A stretch of 64,000 nt of DNA. Origin: Bacilli bacterium. GTDB lineage: Bacteria; Bacillota_I; Bacilli_A; RF39; UBA660. The notes beneath the pieces were generated by a model. That model was not told the origin of the DNA. It was given only the letters and a program-made list of their open reading frames with translations, and ran no database searches. The stretch spans positions 66,773 through 130,772 of the forward strand of contig JAFRAK010000039.1 of the NCBI GenBank assembly GCA_017405445.1, written 5' to 3'. This document shows positions 29,677 to 38,313 of the stretch, in pieces (positions within the stretch are counted from its first letter, which is position 1; the number at the start of each line of letters is the position of its first letter). A program made the translations under genes and the position numbers.

Positions 29677-29841
29677 ATGGGAAATGAAGAAACAAACAAT
29701 AAAGATAACGAATTAAAAACAGAGAACGGAGTTTTTGTAGATTCTATAGTAGACAGTCTAGAAATTCCAGTAATGACAGATGAAGAAGCAGATAATAGAG
29801 AATATGAAAATATAGAGATAGTACAGGAAGGAGGTTTATAA
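29677..29841 (+). CDS. small acidic protein in the lysis cassette (54 aa)
   Basis: AGGAGG SD upstream. The ORF sits between holin and endolysin and is not in the ORF track because it is short. Confidence 0.45.
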   Translation: MGNEETNNKDNELKTENGVFVDSIVDSLEIPVMTDEEADNREYENIEIVQEGGL

Positions 29842-29843
29842 TA

Positions 29844-30998
29844 ATGGGAAAAGTTTATTATAATCAAGCAGACCCTAGATGGGGAAGTCACCCATACCCT
29901 GCACCAGGCTATGAAAATGCTACTGTAGCTTCTGCTGGATGTGGACCTACTTGTGCTGCAATGGTAGTTTCTAGCTGTAGAGAAACTATAAGACCAGATA
30001 CAATGTGTGATATATCTAAAGAAAATGGTTACAGAGTATCAGGAGGAACATCTGACGGTTTATTTAGCTATGTAGCTCAAAGATGGGGAATAGAGATGAA
30101 AGTTTTACATTCATCTTATGAAGCTCATCAAGCATGTAAAGAAGGCTATTTTGTAGTAATTTGTTGTGGAGCTGGGTTATGGACTACTGGAGGACACTTT
30201 ATATTAGCAGTAGGAGCAAATAATAGTGATATAGAGATTTATGACCCATATTTATATGCAGGAAAATTCGATAGATATGGAAGAGCTGGTAAAGTAAATC
30301 TAATAGGAAATTCTGCATGGGTAAATATAGACGTATTTAAGGCTAACTCTAATGCTCAAAGATTCTACGCTTTTAAAGTAGATAGTGCACCTATACCAGA
30401 ACCAATAATAGACCCTCAAATAAAATATGTAAATACTCAATCTTTAAATCTAAACGTTAGAAATGCTCCAGGTGGAGATGTAATAGGAAGTCTTCCAAAA
30501 GGAACTCAAGTTTTAGTTTATGAAGAATATTCTGGATGGTCTAGAATAGGTGATAATAAATGGGTAAGTTCTGATTATTTATCAAGTTCTAAACCTGTAA
30601 CTTCTAGAACTATGTATGTAAATACTCAATCTTTAAATCTAAACGTTAGAAATGCTCCAGGTGGTTCAGTAATTAACAGTTTAGCTAAAGGTACAGAAGT
30701 AACAGTAGTAGCAGAACAAAATGGATGGAGTCAAATCACTAGTCCAGTAAATGGATGGGTAAGTTCTGAATACTTAGCAGATTCTCAACCATCTTCTGGT
30801 AGACATACTGAAGGTCAAGTAAAAAGATTTAAAGATAATACTGTAATATTTAGTAATAGTAATTTAACTGGAACTAGATACAATTACTTACCAAACACTT
30901 CAGTTAAAATATTAGAAAATGTTAGCAGTTCAGTAGATAAAATATACGTATTAGCGACTGGAAGAGTTGGATACGTAAATATAAATGCATATAAATAA
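29844..30998 (+). CDS. endolysin: C39-like cysteine peptidase domain plus repeated bacterial SH3 cell-wall-binding domains
   Basis: YYNQADPRWG...ASAGCGPTCAAMV...GGHFILAVG, followed by two near-identical SH3b units (YVNTQSLNLNVRNAPGG.VI.SL.KGT.V) and a third degenerate one. Confidence 0.85.
   Translation: MGKVYYNQADPRWGSHPYPAPGYENATVASAGCGPTCAAMVVSSCRETIRPDTMCDISKENGYRVSGGTSDGLFSYVAQRWGIEMKVLHSSYEAHQACKEGYFVVICCGAGLWTTGGHFILAVGANNSDIEIYDPYLYAGKFDRYGRAGKVNLIGNSAWVNIDVFKANSNAQRFYAFKVDSAPIPEPIIDPQIKYVNTQSLNLNVRNAPGGDVIGSLPKGTQVLVYEEYSGWSRIGDNKWVSSDYLSSSKPVTSRTMYVNTQSLNLNVRNAPGGSVINSLAKGTEVTVVAEQNGWSQITSPVNGWVSSEYLADSQPSSGRHTEGQVKRFKDNTVIFSNSNLTGTRYNYLPNTSVKILENVSSSVDKIYVLATGRVGYVNINAYK
30427..30664 (+). 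repeat. 49-nt exact direct repeat in the endolysin SH3b domains (30427-30475 and 30616-30664)
   Basis: atgtaaatactcaatctttaaatctaaacgttagaaatgctccaggtgg appears twice. Confidence 0.9.
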
Positions 30999-31013
30999 TA
31001 TAGCTTTGTTCAT

Positions 31014-31056
31014 AAAGAGCTATTTACTAATATAAGTAGGTAGCTCTTTTATTTTG
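31014..31056 (+). terminator. rho-independent terminator after the endolysin
   Basis: 9-bp stem aaagagcta/tagctcttt followed by ttatttt. Confidence 0.7.
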
Positions 31057-31074
31057 AAAATTTAACAGAAAATG

Positions 31075-31103
31075 TTTACAAATTGAAAATAATGTTATAT
31101 AAT
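31075..31103 (+). promoter_or_regulatory. sigma70-type promoter P3
   Basis: tttacaaattgaaaataatgttatataat. Confidence 0.7.
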
Positions 31104-31127
31104 ATATTATATAAAGGAGGTAGTTAC

Positions 31128-31301
31128 ATGCAAGGATTTATAAAAGATAAAAAAGAGTTAATAATAAATTCACAAATACTTGATAATGAAAAAGAAGATT
31201 TAGTAGAGTTTACTGAAAAAGCAGCAGAAAAAGGTGTAAATGTTGTGAAGCTATACGATACAGAAGGTAACGTAGCTGGAGTAAAGTTTGAAGTGAGGTA
31301 A
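31128..31301 (+). CDS. hypothetical early protein (57 aa)
   Basis: GGAGG lies upstream of the ATG at 31128. It is the first ORF after promoter P3, and the longer track ORF would begin inside the promoter. Confidence 0.5.
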   Translation: MQGFIKDKKELIINSQILDNEKEDLVEFTEKAAEKGVNVVKLYDTEGNVAGVKFEVR

Positions 31302-31306
31302 ATACA

Positions 31307-31486
31307 GTGCAAGAAGTAAATAGAAGTTTAAAGATAGTATTTTGTAAAAATTGTGATGAACCTGAATATTGGGGATGTATGTTTTGGCGTAATGGTAAAC
31401 AATATTGCAGAAAATGTATATACAAAATATGGGATGAAGAAAACCCTAATGCTAATTACGACCACATAGTATTTCCTGATTTATAA
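31307..31486 (+). CDS. small zinc-ribbon protein (59 aa, GTG start)
   Basis: CKNC...CRKC, with GTGAGG upstream of the GTG at 31307. Confidence 0.45.
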   Translation: MQEVNRSLKIVFCKNCDEPEYWGCMFWRNGKQYCRKCIYKIWDEENPNANYDHIVFPDL

Positions 31487-31508
31487 AATAAGAAAGGAGC
31501 AAATTCAA

Positions 31509-32009
31509 ATGAAAACAGAATTCGAAAATTTAGCGCAACAAAGAGTATATATTAGAAACTTTATAAATAGACATTATTTAGGAAGTAAAGCATGTGTAAA
31601 CTGTGGGAAAGAACCTACTACTATAGTTCATAATGAAGAAGATCCCTATTTAGTTACTTTTATATGTGATACTTGCAGACTAGGTTTAGATAAAGAGACT
31701 TTAGAAAGTTTACCTAAAATAAACATATTAGAACACATAGAAGTAAACAAGAGATTTTCACATTCTAAAGATTTAGTCTTAACAGAAGATTTAAAAAGAG
31801 TTTTAGAAAAAGCTCTATATACTGATAAAACTTTAGTAGAATATCTAAAAGAGAATAACTTATCTTATACTAAATACAAAGAAGCAGTTATAAAATATGA
31901 AGATGAGATAAAACCTATTCAAAAACGTTTAAAAGAACATTTTAACAACTTAAGAGCTAATAAGATATCAAATTCAATACAGAGTCATAAAAATGAATCA
32001 TCAGATTAA
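31509..32009 (+). CDS. hypothetical protein with N-terminal zinc ribbon
   Basis: CVNCG...CDTC. Ends ..SSD* in the TCAGA cassette. Confidence 0.6.
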   Translation: MKTEFENLAQQRVYIRNFINRHYLGSKACVNCGKEPTTIVHNEEDPYLVTFICDTCRLGLDKETLESLPKINILEHIEVNKRFSHSKDLVLTEDLKRVLEKALYTDKTLVEYLKENNLSYTKYKEAVIKYEDEIKPIQKRLKEHFNNLRANKISNSIQSHKNESSD

Positions 32010-32050
32010 AATCTGAGACATTTTAAAAACTAATTAAATAAATTATATAA
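32001..32050 (+). repeat. cassette copy d
   Basis: tcagattaaaatctgagacattttaaaaactaattaaataaattatataa. Confidence 0.65.
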
Positions 32051-32052
32051 TG

Positions 32053-32082
32053 AAGGTATTATTTTAACAGATAATACCTTTT
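32053..32082 (+). terminator. rho-independent terminator
   Basis: 10-bp stem aaggtattat/ataatacctt followed by tt. Confidence 0.65.
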
Positions 32083-32145
32083 GATGCATTCTAACACATT
32101 TTATATAAAAATATGAAAAAACTTAAAGAAATTTTGAAAAAACTA

Positions 32146-32174
32146 TTTACAAACTTAAAATAATGTATTATAAT
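32146..32174 (+). promoter_or_regulatory. sigma70-type promoter P4
   Basis: tttacaaacttaaaataatgtattataat. Confidence 0.7.
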
Positions 32175-32202
32175 TGACTTAACAATAACAAAGGAGGTAT
32201 AA

Positions 32203-32379
32203 ATGATGGAAGAGTTATTGAAAAATTGGAAAGAAAAATTGAAGGATTTAAAAAGTTATCAGAAAATGTTGTATAATGAATATGCAAAAACTGGTAATGA
32301 AGCAGCTAAAAAGTCTTTCGATAGAGTAACTGGAAAAATCGAAGTTTTAGAAAAATGTATAAAACTTGAAAAATTTTAG
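32203..32379 (+). CDS. hypothetical early protein (58 aa)
   Basis: AGGAGG SD upstream; first ORF behind promoter P4. Confidence 0.5.
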   Translation: MMEELLKNWKEKLKDLKSYQKMLYNEYAKTGNEAAKKSFDRVTGKIEVLEKCIKLEKF

Positions 32380-32411
32380 TAAAATAATATTATAATGGAG
32401 GTAAAATTTTT

Positions 32412-32624
32412 ATGGAAAATTTAGAAGAAAACGATTTAGAATGGCTTAATAGCATAATAGAAAAAGGAAAATTGCTAGAAGTTTTTGATAAAAGAATTTC
32501 AGACAGTCATTCAAAATCAGAAAGAATTGAAATTTATTACTATACTGGAGAAGTATTAGACACTGAGTTAACAGTATTTATAAAATTTGAAAATGATAAA
32601 ATAGTAGGTTATGAGACTTACTAA
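32412..32624 (+). CDS. hypothetical protein
   Basis: 70-aa ORF with GGAGG SD. Confidence 0.55.
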   Translation: MENLEENDLEWLNSIIEKGKLLEVFDKRISDSHSKSERIEIYYYTGEVLDTELTVFIKFENDKIVGYETY

Positions 32625-32653
32625 AACATATTATATAATGGAGGTAGATTAAA

Positions 32654-33028
32654 ATGTTTAGAATTATAGGAAGATTATTTAAATTTATAGGAGTATTATT
32701 TTATGCAATATTGCAAATGGGAGTAGTTTGTCTTAGCATAGGAGCAATCGCTTTTGGAGTAGCTACATTATTAGGATTATTCTTTAACTTAGGAGATTAT
32801 GTTTGGACATGGGCATTGTACATAACTTTAGCAATTTCTGCATTCTTAATGTTTGTAGCAGTTGTAGGAACTATCAAAGCATTTTTAACTGGAACTGAAG
32901 ATGATTTAATTGACGGTATGAATAATACATCAGAAGCATGGAGACAAGACAGAGAATTAGAAAATGAAAGAATGATGAATGCAGCACTTAGAGATTATCA
33001 TAGAAGCAAGGGTAGATTTTGGTTCTAA
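32654..33028 (+). CDS. membrane protein (about three predicted TM helices)
   Basis: Long hydrophobic stretches (FIGVLFYAILQMGVVCLSIGAIAFGVATLLGLFF..) with GGAGG SD. Confidence 0.6.
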   Translation: MFRIIGRLFKFIGVLFYAILQMGVVCLSIGAIAFGVATLLGLFFNLGDYVWTWALYITLAISAFLMFVAVVGTIKAFLTGTEDDLIDGMNNTSEAWRQDRELENERMMNAALRDYHRSKGRFWF

Positions 33029-33045
33029 GTTGAAAGGAGCTTATT

Positions 33046-33225
33046 ATGAATTATAATATGAGTAAAGAAGTTAGAGTTTGTCCAATATGTAAGAAAAAAT
33101 ATAGTGAACATCCAGCTTTAAGTAGAGTAGACAATAAAACAGAAATATGTTCAGCTTGTGGTTTAGCTGAAGCATGGTCAGATTATATAAAATATTATAC
33201 AAAAACTAATAAAAGGAGTATATAA
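33046..33225 (+). CDS. small zinc-ribbon protein (59 aa)
   Basis: CPICKK...CSACG, with AAAGGAG SD. Confidence 0.5.
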   Translation: MNYNMSKEVRVCPICKKKYSEHPALSRVDNKTEICSACGLAEAWSDYIKYYTKTNKRSI

Positions 33226-33228
33226 CAA

Positions 33229-33453
33229 ATGGGTTTATTATTTTATGATATAGAATTTCAGAGACATATAGACGTAGAAAAAGAAGTAGAATTAAATTTA
33301 GAGCAAATAAAATATTATATAAGAACTAGAGGAAAAACAGGTATTAGATTTAGATACTATGAAGAGATGGAACAATTTAAAAACATTTTACATAATAAAT
33401 TAGATAACGTAATGATGTTTAATTCTGGTTCTATATTATACATAAGAAGATAG
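33229..33453 (+). CDS. hypothetical protein
   Basis: 74-aa ORF with AGGAG upstream. Confidence 0.5.
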   Translation: MGLLFYDIEFQRHIDVEKEVELNLEQIKYYIRTRGKTGIRFRYYEEMEQFKNILHNKLDNVMMFNSGSILYIRR

Positions 33454-33499
33454 TTATAATTTGAATTATAATAATCTAGATTATAAAAGAGGTGATATA

Positions 33500-34321
33500 A
33501 TGGTTAGATATGAAAAAATACTTAATAGAGTTAGAGAGCACTTAAATTATCTTAAAGAAAACTATCCTAGTTATAATGTAGTTTATATAGGATTGCAGGG
33601 TAGTCAAAACTATGAATTAGATACGTATACAGAAGAATATATGTCAGATGTTGATACAAAGGCAATAGTAGTACCTTCACTAAAAGATATAGCTTTAAAT
33701 AGAAAATCAATATCTACTACAATTGTTTTACCGAATAATGAACATATAGACGTCAAAGACATCCGCTTAATGCTAGATAATTTTAAGAAACAGAATATAA
33801 ACTTTATAGAAATATTGTTTACAAAATTTAGAATTATAAATGATAAGTATAAAGATTTAATATTAGAACTTATAGATATGAAAGAAGATATAGCTCATCT
33901 AAATGAAAACCAAGCGTTAAGATGTATGTCAGGCATGTCAATGGAAAAGAAGAAAGCTTTATGTCATCCATACCCTACTTTAATAGATAAAATAGAAAAG
34001 TATGGTTACGATGGAAAACAATTGCATCATATAATAAGAATGAATGATTTTATAAAAGCATATACTTCTGGAAAAACATATAAAGAATGCTTAACAACTT
34101 ATACAGACAAAGAATTTTTAATGAAAGCTAAACTAAGTAAATTTACTTTAGAAGAAGCTTTAGAAATAGCTAATAGATACGATGAAGATACTAAAAATAT
34201 AAAAGATAAATTTCTAAAAGAACAAGATGAAGTAAATCAAGAAACATTAGAAAAAATGAATGAAATTCAATACGAAATTATAAAAAGAACAATTGAATTA
34301 GAAATGAAACTAGAAGATTAA
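33500..34321 (+). CDS. predicted nucleotidyltransferase (RlaP/Nuc-transf-like)
   Basis: VVYIGLQGSQNYELDT....SDVDTKAIVVPS is a G-S...D-x-D type motif. The remainder is helical. Confidence 0.55.
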   Translation: MVRYEKILNRVREHLNYLKENYPSYNVVYIGLQGSQNYELDTYTEEYMSDVDTKAIVVPSLKDIALNRKSISTTIVLPNNEHIDVKDIRLMLDNFKKQNINFIEILFTKFRIINDKYKDLILELIDMKEDIAHLNENQALRCMSGMSMEKKKALCHPYPTLIDKIEKYGYDGKQLHHIIRMNDFIKAYTSGKTYKECLTTYTDKEFLMKAKLSKFTLEEALEIANRYDEDTKNIKDKFLKEQDEVNQETLEKMNEIQYEIIKRTIELEMKLED

Positions 34322-34345
34322 AACATAATTATTGGAGGTGATTAT

Positions 34346-34591
34346 ATGAACAATTTGAAGATTTTAACTGAAGAGCAGATAAAACAGATGGACAAGATAA
34401 TGGAGACAGAAGCTTTTATAGAATTTTTAGAAGATTCTTTATCAGGACATCTTACTACAGAGACTAGAGATAAATATAGAAATCAATTAAAAACTGCTAA
34501 GAATAGACTAACTAAATTAGAAAAGAAATTTAGAGAAGGATTGGAGGATTTTGGTGATGTTTCTAAAAATGTTTCTAAAGATAGACAATAG
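34346..34591 (+). CDS. hypothetical protein
   Basis: 81-aa ORF with GGAGG SD. Confidence 0.55.
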   Translation: MNNLKILTEEQIKQMDKIMETEAFIEFLEDSLSGHLTTETRDKYRNQLKTAKNRLTKLEKKFREGLEDFGDVSKNVSKDRQ

Positions 34592-35015
34592 TAATAGAAG
34601 AATTAAAAACTTAGTAGATACAGAGTTATTATTTATAGCAAGATTATTAGACGAAAAAAATAATTTTAGCAAAGACGATATAATAATTCTAGATGAAAGA
34701 TTTAAAGATATATGTAAAGAATTAAATAAAATAGATAAAAATATAACAGAAGTCAAACTGAAGACTACTGGAGAAGTTTCAGTAAATGAAACTTTAAAAG
34801 AGCTAAATATAGATAAATCAACGGTAAGTTCAAATAGAATTAGAGAAGTATTATATGGCTTATTAAATGAGCTTGTTGATACTTCTGAAGACTTTTATAC
34901 ACAAGTTATTACTACTCTTTGTTTAGTTGGAGGTTTATGTGAAATATACTTAAACAATATCAACATAACAGATAATAAGATAGATTTTAAGGAGGTGGAG
35001 AATAGATATGAATGA
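34557..35015 (+). CDS. hypothetical protein
   Basis: GGAGG lies 9 nt upstream of the ATG at 34557. Confidence 0.55.
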   Translation: MFLKMFLKIDNSNRRIKNLVDTELLFIARLLDEKNNFSKDDIIILDERFKDICKELNKIDKNITEVKLKTTGEVSVNETLKELNIDKSTVSSNRIREVLYGLLNELVDTSEDFYTQVITTLCLVGGLCEIYLNNINITDNKIDFKEVENRYE

Positions 35016-35253
35016 TGATATAATGTTAGTTATAATAATGACTTTAAAAGATAAAACTAGAGAAAAAGATATAGACATGAAAATGACTATCGAAGAATAT
35101 TTAGACTGGATTAGATATTCTGAACATAGATATAAGAAAGACTACATAAATTATAAAATGATGTTGGAAACTATACAAGCATACTACGTTTTAAAAGATG
35201 AAGATGAAGCGTTGAAAACTATAAATTTATTCATCAATAATTTAATGCAATAA
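35008..35253 (+). CDS. hypothetical protein
   Basis: 81-aa ORF with GGAGGTGGAG upstream. Confidence 0.55.
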   Translation: MNDDIMLVIIMTLKDKTREKDIDMKMTIEEYLDWIRYSEHRYKKDYINYKMMLETIQAYYVLKDEDEALKTINLFINNLMQ

Positions 35254-35282
35254 ACCTATAATAATTAGTTTACTATATCTAG

Positions 35283-35350
35283 AAAAACTTTAAAATTTTT
35301 GAAGAAATTTTGAAAAAACTATTTACAAACTTAAAATAATGTGATATAAT
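35283..35350 (+). repeat. 68-nt promoter-containing repeat, copy 1 (identical to 50253-50320)
   Basis: aaaaactttaaaatttttgaagaaattttgaaaaaactatttacaaacttaaaataatgtgatataat. Confidence 0.9.
35322..35350 (+). promoter_or_regulatory. sigma70-type promoter P5 (extended -10 TGnTATAAT)
   Basis: tttacaaacttaaaataatgtgatataat. Confidence 0.7.
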
Positions 35351-35383
35351 GATAACATAATAAATATGGAGGAGGTAAATAGT

Positions 35384-35515
35384 ATGAAAAGAAAATCAAA
35401 CAAAAGAAAAAAGAAATTAGTAAGAGAGGCAATAGGAACACTAATAATGTTTTTAACAGTAGAAATATTTTATGGATGGTTCTTTATGCAAATATTAGAA
35501 AAATTATTAAGTTAA
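35384..35515 (+). CDS. small basic single-pass membrane protein (43 aa)
   Basis: First ORF behind promoter P5. It has a K/R-rich N-terminus followed by a TM helix, the same design as 14402-14557. Confidence 0.5.
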   Translation: MKRKSNKRKKKLVREAIGTLIMFLTVEIFYGWFFMQILEKLLS

Positions 35516-35579
35516 AGTTTTAAAAACTAAAGAAATTTAAGATATAGTTTAAACTATATTATAGGAGGTACATATTAAA

Positions 35580-36374
35580 ATGAAAAAGAATTTTAAAAAT
35601 TTATTAAAGAATTTATTAGGAAGAAAATCGAGAAAAGTTAAGAAAGCTAAAGTTTATAATAGAAAAAACAATTTAAGAAAGAAATCTATAAATCATGGTA
35701 AACATAGTAAGAAATTAAGATGGGATAGAATAATAGTTTTACTATGTATTATAGGATTGATTATAAGTTTTATATCATTACATAATGAAAATAATAACAA
35801 AAAGAATACTATTACATATTATAATAATCAAACAGAAGAATTAAATAATGAATTAGACAATACTAAAACTAAATTAGAGGAAACTACGAATCAATTGAAT
35901 GATACGAATACTAAATTAACAGAAACTACAAATCAATTAAATGATGCAAACACAAAAATAACTGAATTAGAAGGTACAATAGAAAATTTAAATAGTGAAA
36001 TAACTGAACTAAAGAAGAAAACTTCTACAACATCAAGAGGTGGAACTATTAGTAGAAATACTGCTACACCTAGTACAGAGAATGATGGTACATATATTGC
36101 TTTTGAAGCTACTGGTTATTGTCCTTGTGCAAAATGCTGTGATGTACAAACTGGTATAACAGCTTCTGGAACTAGAGCTACAGCAGGTAGAACTGTAGCA
36201 ATGAGTAAGAATTATGCTTTTGGTACTAATATTGAAATAAAAGGCATGGGAACTTATGTAGTAGAAGATAGAGGTGGAGCTATTCAAGGTAATAGAATAG
36301 ATATTTATTTTGATAGCCATCAAGAAGCTTTAAACTTTGGAAGAAGAACAGTTTATTTAAAAGTATTGAATTAA
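35580..36374 (+). CDS. membrane-anchored 3D-domain (MltA/Rpf-type DPBB) cell-wall hydrolase
   Basis: N-terminal TM helix and a coiled-coil with repeated NQLND.NTK. The C-terminus (ATGYCPCAKCCD..TGITASGTRATAGRTVA...FGT.IEI.G.G.YVVEDRGGAIQGNRIDIYF) matches the 3D domain. Confidence 0.8.
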   Translation: MKKNFKNLLKNLLGRKSRKVKKAKVYNRKNNLRKKSINHGKHSKKLRWDRIIVLLCIIGLIISFISLHNENNNKKNTITYYNNQTEELNNELDNTKTKLEETTNQLNDTNTKLTETTNQLNDANTKITELEGTIENLNSEITELKKKTSTTSRGGTISRNTATPSTENDGTYIAFEATGYCPCAKCCDVQTGITASGTRATAGRTVAMSKNYAFGTNIEIKGMGTYVVEDRGGAIQGNRIDIYFDSHQEALNFGRRTVYLKVLN

Positions 36375-36385
36375 AAGGAGAAATT

Positions 36386-37246
36386 ATGTCAGATAATAAA
36401 TACGAAGTAATAATTAAAAATAAAACTACGGGTAAAGAAGTAGATAGATTCGTTAGTAATCATGTTTTAGGAACTACAGAAAATGGTAACTTTACTATAG
36501 GAAATCCTAATTATGTAGAAAGATTAACATTATTAGCTACATTGTTAGAATCTCAATTTTTAAACATTATACAAGAAGGAATGCAAGCACCTACAGCACA
36601 ATTATTTGAAGAACTACCTAAATATTATAGTAAAGAAGTAGTTTTAAATGCTAGAGATAACATAAGAACTATGATGAGTATGCTAAGTTCAGCAGTTACA
36701 GAGAATTTAGATGAAAAGATAAAATATGATAAGTTAAAACCAGATACAAAATATAAAGTTCAAATAGTAGACAGCGATAATAATGTTGTAAAAGAAAAGT
36801 CAACGGATTTTTGTTTAATAGCTAGTCATGATAATGGAGTAAGTTTATTTGCAAATACTACAGATTTAAATAATAAAAAAGATATGACAGATGAAGAAAT
36901 GGACAACATGCTATATCAAACTATATGTAATGCAATTCATTATGCAGCTAAAGTATCTGTAGCATTACTGTCAGATTATTCTATAGATGAAATATGTGAC
37001 AAGATAGAAAAAGGTGATTTAGAAATAACTAATGAAGTAATAGGAAGAGCTGAAAGCTATTATCAAAGTGTAAGACAGTATAGTAGAGAACAACGAATAA
37101 TTAACAAGTTACATAATACTGATGCAAAATATGTTATAGATGAAGAAGAGTATGCTAAACAGATAGCTATGAGTCAATTTAATAAATTTATGAATAAAAT
37201 GATGGGAAATGATGGTTTAGAAGATGAAGATGAGGACTCAGAATAA
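36386..37246 (+). CDS. hypothetical protein
   Basis: 286-aa ORF ending ..DSE* in a TCAGA terminator. Confidence 0.6.
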   Translation: MSDNKYEVIIKNKTTGKEVDRFVSNHVLGTTENGNFTIGNPNYVERLTLLATLLESQFLNIIQEGMQAPTAQLFEELPKYYSKEVVLNARDNIRTMMSMLSSAVTENLDEKIKYDKLKPDTKYKVQIVDSDNNVVKEKSTDFCLIASHDNGVSLFANTTDLNNKKDMTDEEMDNMLYQTICNAIHYAAKVSVALLSDYSIDEICDKIEKGDLEITNEVIGRAESYYQSVRQYSREQRIINKLHNTDAKYVIDEEEYAKQIAMSQFNKFMNKMMGNDGLEDEDEDSE

Positions 37247-37262
37247 AATCTGAGTCTATTTT
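37235..37262 (+). terminator. rho-independent terminator
   Basis: gactcaga-ataaaa-tctgagtc followed by tatttt. Confidence 0.7.
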
Positions 37263-37287
37263 ACATAATAGTTAATATAATTTTATA
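37238..37287 (+). repeat. cassette copy e
   Basis: tcagaataaaatctgagtctattttacataatagttaatataattttata. Confidence 0.6.
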
Positions 37288-37326
37288 GTAATATTTATAG
37301 AAAATTTATAGAAAGAAGTGATTTAA

Positions 37327-38313
37327 ATGAAAGAAATGTGTAAACACTGCGGACTACCTATAGAAAAATACGGTAACAAAAAAGAAGAGATATGTTTTTC
37401 TTGTTATCAACGTAGAGTAAATGCTAAAAAGCACAATAAAGAGTACATAAAAATTATAAATTTATCAGAAGAAGAGAGACAGACAGTTTTAATGCAAAGA
37501 GAGATACATAAACGAAAGAATAGAAATATAGAAAATGTAATTGAAAAACAAGAACCAAAAACTATAAATACAGAAAAAGAAGCTGTTTTAGAAGACATAA
37601 AACAAGTATTTAAAAGCAGAAATATTAAGTATCCTTTAGAAATAAATTCAATTGTACCTATATTTCATCAGCTTAAATCTTTATTTGATGGTTATAGTGA
37701 TTATATAAAAGACTTTATAAATGCTGAAGATGCTTTAAACAAAATGGAAGTAGATTATAAACATGCTAAAGAACATTATAGTAGTTTGCATCAAGAATAT
37801 TTATTAAGTAATGATATAGCTAAAAGATTGGAAATAAAAAGAAAGAAAGACATTTGGGAAGAACGACACAATATATTACTTATGTATAGAAGAGACATTA
37901 AAAATATAATAGTAGAGTATGAAAATGGAGGGGCTATTATATTAGATTTAATAAAAGATACAGAATTTATGGAGAAGTTTAATTCTTACTACGAAAGACT
38001 GACTAGAGCTCAAACTTTCTTAACTGATGGAAGTTACAAAGCTGAAGCTTCTAAACTAGTAGAGTCTGAAGATTTTTGTATAGGATTTAAAGCTAATAGA
38101 AATGTTGGAAAGAGTAGATATCAAGTTGTTATTAAAACAAATTATTTAGGTAACATATCCACATTTAATAGAACTGTTTTAGCTTATGACGAAGAAGCGG
38201 CTAAAAATCAAGTAATTAGATTTATAAAAGACAGACCAGACCAATTTAAATTTACTTGGATGAGTAAAGACATATCAGTGTATAAATTGTCAGATGAGTA
38301 TTCCAGGCAATAA
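37327..38313 (+). CDS. hypothetical protein with N-terminal zinc ribbon
   Basis: CKHCG...CFSC. The C-terminal beta-alpha module resembles repeats in the next ORF. Confidence 0.6.
   Translation: MKEMCKHCGLPIEKYGNKKEEICFSCYQRRVNAKKHNKEYIKIINLSEEERQTVLMQREIHKRKNRNIENVIEKQEPKTINTEKEAVLEDIKQVFKSRNIKYPLEINSIVPIFHQLKSLFDGYSDYIKDFINAEDALNKMEVDYKHAKEHYSSLHQEYLLSNDIAKRLEIKRKKDIWEERHNILLMYRRDIKNIIVEYENGGAIILDLIKDTEFMEKFNSYYERLTRAQTFLTDGSYKAEASKLVESEDFCIGFKANRNVGKSRYQVVIKTNYLGNISTFNRTVLAYDEEAAKNQVIRFIKDRPDQFKFTWMSKDISVYKLSDEYSRQ

Noticed and set aside
34346-35015. The 34346-34591 / 34557-35015 overlap as another frameshift fusion.
   Set aside because: The downstream ORF has its own GGAGG 9 nt before the ATG at 34557. 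There is no in-frame CGG in the overlap. An ordinary overlapping gene pair is the simpler reading.
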